Assembly (NCBI GenBank): GCA_964391805.1
Contig: CAYMNK010000002.1
Span: 19,671 to 83,670, forward strand
Reading direction: 5' to 3'
Length of the DNA: 64,000 bases
From: an uncultured Christensenellaceae bacterium
GTDB taxonomy: Bacteria; Bacillota; Clostridia; Christensenellales; CAG-1252
The notes under the pieces are model-generated. The model was not told the origin of the DNA and ran no database searches. It saw only the letters and a program-made list of their open reading frames with translations. Positions 23,943 through 32,494 of this stretch are shown piece by piece. The first letter of the stretch is position 1. Every line of letters begins with the position of its first letter. A program made the position numbers and the translations under genes.

Positions 23943-26900
23943 CTATTCGGTATCTATTGTTTCGTCATCCGTTTTGTTATCGACTTCTATCAATTTTATA
24001 TCGTCAAAGTCGACGTCAAGTTCGTCAATGGATAACTCATTGGGGTTGACAATCGGCTTTTCTACGGTATTGACCGGTTTATATGCATCGCTCGTATCCC
24101 TCACTATTTTACGGAAGTTTACAGCTTTATTTCCGTTGCGTTTTTTGCGCCTCGAGGTTCCTGCCATTACGATAGACAATACGGCAACAAATACAAGCAC
24201 TACAAATCCAATAATTACGTAGTATGGCCAAACCTCTTTGGTACAGAGCATTATATAGTTAAATTCGTCGTCCGTAACAATTATGGTGCCCTCACCTACC
24301 TCAACTTCGAGCAATTCATAGGAACCGTCACTTCTAATCGCAACCGCATAAATCGGTACGTTAATCAAACTATCGTCAACCGATAATTCAACCGTAATTT
24401 CCTTAGTCGGCTGTTTACCGTTATCGCTTGTCAGCACGAACATTTGCTTATTATTGAGAAGCATTGCTTTTACTACAAGATATGAATTATCCTGTTTAAC
24501 CGAATCGTCCTCTGCCAAAACCTTATAAGTTATATTGTTTTCGGGGAATACGACGGTTAATTTACTCACTTCGGTAATTATTTCGAAGTTTGAATCCTCT
24601 TCGTCCCCCGAATAGGTAGGTGCTATATTATTAGTACCCTCTTTAGGATTATTCAGTATTACCGTATCGAATTTTACCGATAATTTACTCAATATTTCAT
24701 CGGAAACGGTATTACCATCTCTATCCTTGAAAACCAATTCACCTATTATGGTTGAACCGTTCTTAACGTAAGTTTTTTCTTTGATAGATACATGCAATTC
24801 AAACTTTTCTATCACAAACTCCACGCCGTCGGGATTTTCGACGGTTGCATTATTTCGGATAATTACGTTGAAATATTCGGTTACGACTTTTCCGCTTTTA
24901 TCCTCTGTAATATAGATTTTATCGGAGTTATTAAGATCGATTTTATATGTACCCACATCTTCGCCCGCCTCTCTTATCGCCGACGAATCCGCTCTTAGAG
25001 AATAACCCTCAGGCAACGGATACTCATCTATCTCTTTTACCGCAATGATCGGATCTATGCTAAGATAGGTTTTCTTAATGCTATCATCGGCTAATACCAA
25101 AACCACATTAGTTTTAATAACGGTATAGTATGAAGTACCGCGCGAAGAAACGATATAATTATCCGTTACATTCTTTCCGTCGCCGTCATTAATTCTAATA
25201 TTTCCCAATGTAATCTTGTATTTAGCAAAAACCGTAGTTTCGGTGTTTGCTACCTGTTCTAAACCAAATCCACCCGATAGATAGAAACCGTCGTTAAGGA
25301 TATAATCCTTAAAAAGTCCGTTATTATCCGCTTTTATCGAATATCTCTTAACATCTGCGCTCAATGCGTATAACGCACTAAAATCATCGGTATATTTGGC
25401 GTTTTCACAGTCGATTGGAGTAATAAAGATTTCTTTTTTGTTAATTGTGAAACTTTGCTTAATGTAAGTAATCCTATAATTTGAGGATATATCCGCACCG
25501 CTACTATCGATAACGGCTATATTACTCAAATCTATTGCGTAACTTCCGACATCGTCAACAGACTTTTTACTCTCTCTTATGGGGCTATTAGCACCGTCAT
25601 ATTTGAGACTATCACCCTGAATTAACGAACCGCTAACGACTTCGCAGACCATTATAGGATCAACTTCGCCGTAATACTTGGACAAACCGTCGGTGACGCT
25701 AACCGTAATGGCACGACGTGTAATAGCATAGAACGAATTACTGTTATCGAGATTAATTTCGAAACAGTCCGATAGTAGCACTTTTTGTCCACTTGAAAGA
25801 CTAATTTCGGTATCTGCAACGGCAAGACTTCCTAAAATAATTCTATAAGAACCTACTTTATTTACACCAGCACCGCCTTCACGAGCAAGCATACCGGTAA
25901 ATACTTCATTACCTTGATAAAGAGATGACAGCAACTCATCCGAATATGTATATGTCAAATTATCGGCATCCTTATAGAACGGATCGAATTCACGCGTAAA
26001 TGAAGACGGAATAACTGTAATAATCTTCTTATCGATATTAGCATAAACGTCTTCAAACACCACATTATAACGTGAATAAACCGAATTAAGTTTATCCTTA
26101 TATGTATCGTTTAAATCACTTATTTGATCCAAAATGTATAGATATGCGCTCTTATCGTCCGACAAATCGCATATTTGAGGTAATTTTATACGCTTGTCAC
26201 CAATCAAACTGTATAGAGATACATGCGTTTTACCCGTCGAGACGGTATCGAATTCGGCAACGATATTACCGAAAAGTGCTTTAATTTCGTCAACAATGCC
26301 GTCGACCAAACTTCCGTCATCGATAACGTTAATTGACAAGTTGATTTTAATAGAAGCGCTTGAAGTATTGTCAAATACTTTATCCAATGCATTTATTCCG
26401 CTAACCGAAATATTTGACTGTTTTATACTAAATTCGATAAAACGTCCCTCTTTAATCATAGAATCGGTCAAAATCCCCATGGAATCGGTTAAACTTAAAC
26501 CGAATCTATCCGAATAGACAGTTGCATCACTATAACTATAGGGCAATTCTCCATCGAGAACTCTATAATCATAAAGTGTTCTTAAAAAGACTAATTCGAC
26601 CGCATACTCTCCGACTTCGGTAGGAATAGCCGTCATTCTCGTATACTTTCCGTCAACCTTGGTATAGTAACGAATGGCATAATCAACGTTTTTTATCAAA
26701 TTGACCGAAACGGAATTGTCCAATGCATTAAAGAAATCTAATGTATATACTAATTCCTTACCGAAATACGAATAATTGTATTTTTCTAAACCGGCATTGA
26801 TGTTTTTATTACCGTCGTTGAAGTTCCAACCAAGTTGCACAGGCTCGTTAATTGAGTAATAGTACTTCGCCGTTGTCTCGGAGTTTATGAACTCGTTCGA

Positions 26901-29900
26901 ACCACTAACAACAGTCGAACCTGAATTACTCGATAAACGGTATTGGTAAATATTCGAATCGAATTCGACTTGAATGCAATATTTACCCACACTCGAGGGA
27001 TATACTCCACCCGCTATAACGCTTTCGGTACCGTTTTCGACACGTAATAAGATTACGTTATGAGAAATATCGATTTTTTTACTGCCCGAAAGGAAATAAA
27101 TATCAAAAGGTTTTTGCTCGCCGTCATAAGCGAAACTCTCGAATCGACCTTCAAAAACTATGTTCACGGATTTTGCACTACTTACGGTAAAAGGTATATC
27201 TACATAAGAATTGACATCTAAACAATTACCAAGAACTGTTCCGTCACTTTCCTTGCCGTTAACCAAAGTAAAAAGTTTATAGATATCGCTTTCGTCTTCG
27301 CCAAACGTCACTCTAAGGACGTAATCACCAGATGTGAACATATAATGACCTAAATCGTACGAACCCTCGATACTTATAGGCTCATAAACTATTTGAGAAG
27401 AACCCGATAATCTACGATGATAGCGAATGGTGATTCCGTTACATAATGCACTATAGCTAGACGGATACACGTCACTCAATAAAAATCTATTACCGTCCTC
27501 GTCCGTTGCACTTATTGATAAGTCGGATAATCCTACTGCATAGGTATTACCATAATAATGCTCGGCAAAAGCATTCTCCTCTATGCTTTCAAGCGTCAGT
27601 GCATTGACAGAAATGGGCAGTGGTGTAATTCTGTATTCGGTCACAAAAGAATAATCCGACTTTTTAGATGCATAGTACATATCTGAACTATACTCTACCC
27701 CCGATTTAGCTCCGACCAAAGTGAAGATAACATTATCGATAACCATATTATCTTTCAAAGCATCCTTTACCGCTAAATTGCGTAAGTATTTAGCAGGAAG
27801 CACCGACTTATCGACCGCTGTATCGCAAACGATGGAATTGATATTACCGCTAAAAAGCGAAGAATCAAAATCATTGAGCGAGATATATGACAAAATCATA
27901 TCGTCGGTTAACTGAGAAGTCGAATCATAGCCGTTTGTCTTATAGAAAACGAACTCGGGAGATACCTCGACGCCCGACAAGCGATAATTTGCTTTATCTT
28001 CTACAGGAATTCGTACTACAACTGTAAGCGAAAGTTTTTCAACCGTTATTATCGAGCTAAAAATACTGCGTGACGCAAGATTGTCGCGTGTAAAATTACT
28101 ACTCTCTATATTCGGCTCATCGGTATAAATACCGTATTTTTGGTAATTATTGTCTAACGAATAATTGAAATAGATGGCAATTACATACTTGCCGGCATTG
28201 ACGGGGTTATTCGATGTAAACAAAGAATAGTCTCCGTTATTAATCGATGAATAAAGTAAAGAATATTCCGAAGGTGCAATTTCCACAGGACGATTTCCTA
28301 CTTTAAAGGTTACATCAAAGTCCTTTCCTTCGGGATTATTGTCATAGACAAGGTCTTTGGTTTGAGCATTTTGCTTAACGCTGAACTCCGCAGTAAGCTC
28401 CATTGTGTTAATTGTGAATGTATAAATAATTTTATCACCCGATTTTGCACCGAAAAAGCTGTTATCGCTATTAACGGCAAACACGGCACGATAAGTTGCG
28501 GGTAAAATAGGATAGTCGCAAACGCTCCATATTCCGTCTTCCACCGATTCAGAGTGACGATCGAGCATTTCATAGTAGAACGAATAATTCAAGCCTGATA
28601 TATCGCTATCGGACAAACCGTCAAATGAAGTCTTGACGAGTTGAATATTACCGTCATAGTCGACAAAATACTGTCCGTCTCTATATACGGCACCGTCTAA
28701 TGACAATGTAATACAATCCAAAGAGCTAACCGACTTCTTAACATAATCAAGTAAGAAAATATCACCTGCAAATAATCCAAACTCGGGATAATCTGCATTA
28801 ATTTCAACAAAAACGGTGTATTCGCCTATATGCTCCAACAAATCGGAACGGACAACTTGATAATTAAATTCGTTGTCCTTTTTAAAATATTTAACGGTAT
28901 AATCGGAAAATGCCACATTACCGCCGAAATCAATATTAATCTCGTCGTTTTGAACCTTAACGGAAACATTTGATTGAACGGACAAAACCGTAAAATCGTA
29001 GAAAAGTTTATATCCGTCGGTAATGACGGTATCTCCGTTGGTCCATTTATGGTTTTCGTTATCGATATTAAAGGTAACAACCGCTTTATATTCGCCCGAA
29101 TCGATTGCATCGCTAACATTCCAATCGGAATCATAATAGGTAACCGAATAATATGCACTCGGAATATCCGCCATTGTGCTGTCTTTAATCGATTTTACGA
29201 TTGCGGGACGCTTATTAGAATAATCGAGAATGGCACAGTTCCCGCCACCATCTACAACATAATCCGAATTGAAAGATATATTCAATTTGGGAATGATTTG
29301 AAAATCATATTCCACGGTATTATTATAAGAATCGATCACATATTCAGCATCACTTGCACCGAAAACGCTCGCACCACCAATATCACCGTCACTAATGTCA
29401 ATATAAAATCTTACCTTGTACCTTGCAACCTCGGTGGGATATTCTCCGTACGGTAATTCGGTCAAATTAGTATTATCGGTATAACGGAAATATTTGGTTT
29501 CTGATTGAATAATCTCTATATCGCGATTAAAAACAGGATTGATCAATATCGGGTTGCCTTGGTAAACAATAGAATAACCGCCATCGTTACTGACTGCATT
29601 ATTGACAAAAGATACCGAATAAGGTTTAGAATAAACGGTATAAGGAAGGTCTATAAAATCGCCCGAAGATATTCCGTAAGCATCGATATCGGCATTGAAA
29701 AGGAAGCGTACATAATAATCGCCTTCGGTACGAGGGGCAACGTCGTTAACGGTATTCCCGACTATATATTTGACGTCGTATTTGCCTTCGAATACGCTTT
29801 CGTTTACAATTTTACCGCTATAATCTACGCTGTAATAGTCATTTGCAAGTGTATCGGAATTGAGATATCTACCTTCGTATATTTTAGTATCACTTAACGA

Positions 29901-30617
29901 AACAAGATCTTTAAGCGAATTAACTATGCTAAATTCCCCTATAAACTCACTCCTTGTGTGCACATCGGCATTCTCAAGATCTCTAAGCATAGTGACAACG
30001 ATTCGGTATAATCCGGGATCGGTGGCTTTATCGGTAACGGAAGCAATTCCGTTATCAATCGAATACAAAGCGATACTATAATCGACATCTTTATTCAATT
30101 TAACACCCGAAGCGTATACCGCGGTATCATTTAATGCTTTCGAATACCAATCTGCTCCCGAATAATCGATATTTTGAGAAAGCGAATAAACAACTGCGAA
30201 ATTCTCGCCGACAATTTCGTAGCTATATGCGTTGAGCACAGTACCTTCTTTTATTTTATCGGTGCCGAAAAAGTAGTTATTAGCGCTATATTGGGAGTTT
30301 ACTATAGCTTTAACAGCATATTTACCAAGTGCTGTCGGAGCGACGGTACCTAATCGATTACCGAGTGCATCGTAATAAACAAGATCACACCAAGAAGAAT
30401 CAAAATCAGCCTTACTCCATTCTTTATTATCCAAGCTACTCCAAAAAGTTACCTCGGCATGTGTACCGGAGCCGTATACAGAACCGCACGAAAGACTTAT
30501 ATCCGCTTCGAGATACTTATCTATTTCGAGAGCTTCTGCAGAGAGAAAAACTCCGCTAAGGCTTAACGCTACAACGGTAAACACCAATATTAATAAACAA
30601 AGCTTGGATCTAAACAT
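23943..30617 (-). CDS. Giant (2,224 aa) surface adhesin-like protein: signal peptide, many Ig-like repeats, MBG-type (YGxxDP) repeats, C-terminal TM anchor + acidic cytoplasmic tail
   Basis: Start set to ATG 30617 (MFRSKLCLLILVFTVVALSLSGVFLSAEA) with GGGGAG upstream. MBG-like units include SKYYGEVDPIMVCEVVSGSLIQGDSL...VGSYAI (~25611-25700) and KKTYLSIDPIIAVKE...VGTYKI (~25021-25080). TM PYYVIIGFVVLVFVAVLSIVMAG (~24159-24233) followed by RRKKRNGNK. Confidence 0.85.
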   Translation of the reverse strand: MFRSKLCLLILVFTVVALSLSGVFLSAEALEIDKYLEADISLSCGSVYGSGTHAEVTFWSSLDNKEWSKADFDSSWCDLVYYDALGNRLGTVAPTALGKYAVKAIVNSQYSANNYFFGTDKIKEGTVLNAYSYEIVGENFAVVYSLSQNIDYSGADWYSKALNDTAVYASGVKLNKDVDYSIALYSIDNGIASVTDKATDPGLYRIVVTMLRDLENADVHTRSEFIGEFSIVNSLKDLVSLSDTKIYEGRYLNSDTLANDYYSVDYSGKIVNESVFEGKYDVKYIVGNTVNDVAPRTEGDYYVRFLFNADIDAYGISSGDFIDLPYTVYSKPYSVSFVNNAVSNDGGYSIVYQGNPILINPVFNRDIEIIQSETKYFRYTDNTNLTELPYGEYPTEVARYKVRFYIDISDGDIGGASVFGASDAEYVIDSYNNTVEYDFQIIPKLNISFNSDYVVDGGGNCAILDYSNKRPAIVKSIKDSTMADIPSAYYSVTYYDSDWNVSDAIDSGEYKAVVTFNIDNENHKWTNGDTVITDGYKLFYDFTVLSVQSNVSVKVQNDEINIDFGGNVAFSDYTVKYFKKDNEFNYQVVRSDLLEHIGEYTVFVEINADYPEFGLFAGDIFLLDYVKKSVSSLDCITLSLDGAVYRDGQYFVDYDGNIQLVKTSFDGLSDSDISGLNYSFYYEMLDRHSESVEDGIWSVCDYPILPATYRAVFAVNSDNSFFGAKSGDKIIYTFTINTMELTAEFSVKQNAQTKDLVYDNNPEGKDFDVTFKVGNRPVEIAPSEYSLLYSSINNGDYSLFTSNNPVNAGKYVIAIYFNYSLDNNYQKYGIYTDEPNIESSNFTRDNLASRSIFSSIITVEKLSLTVVVRIPVEDKANYRLSGVEVSPEFVFYKTNGYDSTSQLTDDMILSYISLNDFDSSLFSGNINSIVCDTAVDKSVLPAKYLRNLAVKDALKDNMVIDNVIFTLVGAKSGVEYSSDMYYASKKSDYSFVTEYRITPLPISVNALTLESIEENAFAEHYYGNTYAVGLSDLSISATDEDGNRFLLSDVYPSSYSALCNGITIRYHRRLSGSSQIVYEPISIEGSYDLGHYMFTSGDYVLRVTFGEDESDIYKLFTLVNGKESDGTVLGNCLDVNSYVDIPFTVSSAKSVNIVFEGRFESFAYDGEQKPFDIYFLSGSKKIDISHNVILLRVENGTESVIAGGVYPSSVGKYCIQVEFDSNIYQYRLSSNSGSTVVSGSNEFINSETTAKYYYSINEPVQLGWNFNDGNKNINAGLEKYNYSYFGKELVYTLDFFNALDNSVSVNLIKNVDYAIRYYTKVDGKYTRMTAIPTEVGEYAVELVFLRTLYDYRVLDGELPYSYSDATVYSDRFGLSLTDSMGILTDSMIKEGRFIEFSIKQSNISVSGINALDKVFDNTSSASIKINLSINVIDDGSLVDGIVDEIKALFGNIVAEFDTVSTGKTHVSLYSLIGDKRIKLPQICDLSDDKSAYLYILDQISDLNDTYKDKLNSVYSRYNVVFEDVYANIDKKIITVIPSSFTREFDPFYKDADNLTYTYSDELLSSLYQGNEVFTGMLAREGGAGVNKVGSYRIILGSLAVADTEISLSSGQKVLLSDCFEINLDNSNSFYAITRRAITVSVTDGLSKYYGEVDPIMVCEVVSGSLIQGDSLKYDGANSPIRESKKSVDDVGSYAIDLSNIAVIDSSGADISSNYRITYIKQSFTINKKEIFITPIDCENAKYTDDFSALYALSADVKRYSIKADNNGLFKDYILNDGFYLSGGFGLEQVANTETTVFAKYKITLGNIRINDGDGKNVTDNYIVSSRGTSYYTVIKTNVVLVLADDSIKKTYLSIDPIIAVKEIDEYPLPEGYSLRADSSAIREAGEDVGTYKIDLNNSDKIYITEDKSGKVVTEYFNVIIRNNATVENPDGVEFVIEKFELHVSIKEKTYVKNGSTIIGELVFKDRDGNTVSDEILSKLSVKFDTVILNNPKEGTNNIAPTYSGDEEDSNFEIITEVSKLTVVFPENNITYKVLAEDDSVKQDNSYLVVKAMLLNNKQMFVLTSDNGKQPTKEITVELSVDDSLINVPIYAVAIRSDGSYELLEVEVGEGTIIVTDDEFNYIMLCTKEVWPYYVIIGFVVLVFVAVLSIVMAGTSRRKKRNGNKAVNFRKIVRDTSDAYKPVNTVEKPIVNPNELSIDELDVDFDDIKLIEVDNKTDDETIDTE

Positions 30618-30750
30618 ATTCACTCCCCGCAAATTGAAAATGGATACAATTTGCATAGTAATATATTTTATTTTAACACGAGCAAGCAATTTTTGCAATA
30701 AAGAAGTAAAATAAATAATATATATTTATATTAAATATTTAATAAGATAT

Positions 30751-30772
30751 AAAAAAAGCCCCGTTTTGGAGC
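30751..30772 (-). terminator. Intrinsic terminator of the major pilin gene
   Basis: Minus strand: GCTCC-AAAAC-GGGGC followed by T7, 7 nt after the pilin stop. Confidence 0.65.
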
Positions 30773-30778
30773 CGAAAA

Positions 30779-31282
30779 TTATGAAACAGGAACGTCGTTT
30801 TTATACAAAACGCCCTCTTTATAAGACCAAAGGTTGCCTTCCTTGAGATAATATAGAAGATCGAGTCGCCACTCAGCAGAACCCGAAATAGAATTACCAG
30901 ACTCATCTTTAGGTACATAACGGCGAAATACAATGTAATAACCATCATTTTTATCAGAGCTTTCCGTTGCGGACGGTGCTCTATACGTTTCATTATTCGA
31001 ATACTGCTCACACGATTTTACACTGTCACCCAAAACCGATTGACAAGCCTCGTATAGCGAACCGTATGTGCTAAATCCCGAGTTCTTCTCAACCAAAACA
31101 GACTGAACCGAGTTATACGCCGTTTCAATTGCAGTTTGCTGAGCCTTTTCATTGGCTCTCTTCGTGAAAAAAGATGCACTTATACCTACAAGTGTACACA
31201 ATATTGCCAAAATTGCTATAGAAACCACAAGCTCCACCAATGTGAAACCTCTTCGATTTGACATTTTTTTCACAGACTTCAT
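30779..31282 (-). CDS. Type IV major pilin (prepilin, 167 aa)
   Basis: MKSVKKMSNRRG|FTLVELVVSIAILAILCTLVGISASFF shows the canonical prepilin leader, Gly-1/Phe+1/Glu+5 and a hydrophobic alpha1-N. A Cys pair sits in the head (EACQSVLGDSVKSCEQ). The track ORF start at 31465 adds 61 unsupported residues. Confidence 0.88.
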   Translation of the reverse strand: MKSVKKMSNRRGFTLVELVVSIAILAILCTLVGISASFFTKRANEKAQQTAIETAYNSVQSVLVEKNSGFSTYGSLYEACQSVLGDSVKSCEQYSNNETYRAPSATESSDKNDGYYIVFRRYVPKDESGNSISGSAEWRLDLLYYLKEGNLWSYKEGVLYKNDVPVS

Positions 31283-31288
31283 AAAATT

Positions 31289-31318
31289 ATTATACATTTT
31301 AAGGATATCTTTTGTCAA
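31289..31318 (-). promoter_or_regulatory. Consensus promoter TTGACA-18-TATAAT, 6 nt upstream of the pilin ATG
   Basis: Minus strand: TTGACA (31318-31313), 18-nt spacer, TATAAT (31294-31289), AATTTT, then ATG 31282. Confidence 0.65.
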
Positions 31319-31337
31319 CGTTGTTAAAAATAAATAT

Positions 31338-32039
31338 ATGAAACTTAATGAAACATTACTATCCATAGTATTTCTTATACTTATGTTAATAGGCGGTATT
31401 CCAAAAAATGCAATTACAACAGTCGAAACGGAACCGCTCGAATCAATTGATGAAAATACCGACACTTGTAACGATACTATTATAGATTATTATAGCGAAG
31501 ACATTAACAATAATACATTGTTCGAGATATTCGGAAACACAAAGATAATACCCGACGGGGAATTAAATATCAACCTATTATTGGAATCCACAGAAATAAT
31601 AAAAATCGAAGAATTCGCCCTTCCTTATAACAATCTTGGCTATGTGATACAAGAGATTATCTATCATAAGGCAAAAATCGATATTGACGGCAAAGTCACA
31701 AGTGTGGAAGTTCAAGGGACAAAAGAGAGAGCAAAACTAACTTTTACTCTGACAGTTGACCTTCACAAAAAGAACTTTCTAACTAAACTAATAGGAATAG
31801 ACGATTCCGAATTGACGGCGACAATAGAACTCGATACCGATTTAATAAATAAGTCGGTTAATTATACGATAACGGCAAACGAAATCAGCGTTTCGACATT
31901 AATAAGCAATATCGCATGTAAATATGTTTTCGGCGCAAACGATACCGAAGAATTAGTCAAGACGATTACAAATAAACTCTTTTGGGGAATAGGAACGGCA
32001 AGCGAGTTTGGGGATACGGAGATAATATATAATAAATGA
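31338..32039 (+). CDS. Secreted hypothetical protein (233 aa), divergent from the pilin gene
   Basis: Start set to ATG 31338 (MKLNETLLSIVFLILMLIGGIPKNAITT, signal-like). The upstream part of track ORF 31152.. overlaps the pilin gene antisense. No family recognised. Confidence 0.6.
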   Translation: MKLNETLLSIVFLILMLIGGIPKNAITTVETEPLESIDENTDTCNDTIIDYYSEDINNNTLFEIFGNTKIIPDGELNINLLLESTEIIKIEEFALPYNNLGYVIQEIIYHKAKIDIDGKVTSVEVQGTKERAKLTFTLTVDLHKKNFLTKLIGIDDSELTATIELDTDLINKSVNYTITANEISVSTLISNIACKYVFGANDTEELVKTITNKLFWGIGTASEFGDTEIIYNK

Positions 32040-32040
32040 T

Positions 32041-32289
32041 GTTATGCTATGCATAATGATGTTACTTCGTATGAAGTTTGCCTTACGGCAAATGATGTAT
32101 TGCTACGCAATATTGTGGATAAACATATGTCATAGTGAGAAGAAGACTGACGCTAAAGCGAATGATGTTTTGCTAAGCAATAATTATGAGCGAATAATGT
32201 CTTCATCCGCCGTCCCGTCATACTGCGCGGAAGACAAAGTCTGTAGTCGAACTGCGTAGCAGCGACGCTTAGCGTCGGTATCTGATTCC
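32041..32289 (-). repeat. Composite inverted repeat, right arm (mini-hairpin array at 32041-32200 + Rep-1 copy d at 32207-32289)
   Basis: The reverse complement reads GGAATCAGATACCGACGCTAAGCGTCGCTGCTACGCAGTTCGACTACAG..CCGCGCAGTATGACGGGACGG ... TATCCACAATATTGCGTAGCAATACATCATTTGCCGTAAGGCAAA ... CATCATTATGCATAGCATAAC. It matches 23628-23820 apart from an insertion of about 75 nt. Confidence 0.8.
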
Positions 32290-32337
32290 ATATTAGAAAA
32301 ACTGATACAATATCATAAGCTTATCGTTACCGTCCGC

Positions 32338-32421
32338 AAGATACCAAATTGTTATACAATTTGATTCTCACTTCGTTCGAATTTCGACTTCGCTAACGCT
32401 CCGCTCAGTATGACGGCGGAC
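32338..32421 (+). repeat. Rep-1 mosaic intergenic repeat, copy g
   Basis: AAGATAC-CAAATTG-TTATA-CAATTTG-...TTCGACTTCGCTAACGCTCCGCTCAGTATGACGGCGGAC. With copy d it forms a head-to-head inverted pair of about 215 bp. Confidence 0.75.
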
Positions 32422-32494
32422 TGACTTTTGTAATATATTATTATACTTTTCGCAATTTTTTTTTGCTTTTTTTGTGCTTTTTTCGCAATATTAT

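Noticed and set aside
24792-30559. Many 60-160-aa ORFs inside or antisense to the 2,224-aa adhesin gene
   Set aside because: All are nested in a continuous 6.7-kb frame that has a signal peptide, repeats and a TM anchor.
30618-30698. 27-codon N-terminal extension of the adhesin ORF (MQKLLARVKIKYITMQIVSIFNLRGVN)
   Set aside because: The internal ATG 30617 has a GGGGAG SD and starts a textbook signal peptide. The extension has neither.
31152-31465. Long versions of the pilin ORF (228 aa) and of the divergent ORF (295 aa), which overlap each other
   Set aside because: The prepilin motif requires a short leader before G|FTLVE. The consensus promoter lies inside the putative extension. The divergent gene has a signal peptide starting at ATG 31338.
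32044-32259. 71-aa ORF in the pilB-distal intergenic region
   Set aside because: It is composed entirely of the mini-hairpin array and a Rep-1 copy. Its mirror-image copy at 23.7 kb is not coding.
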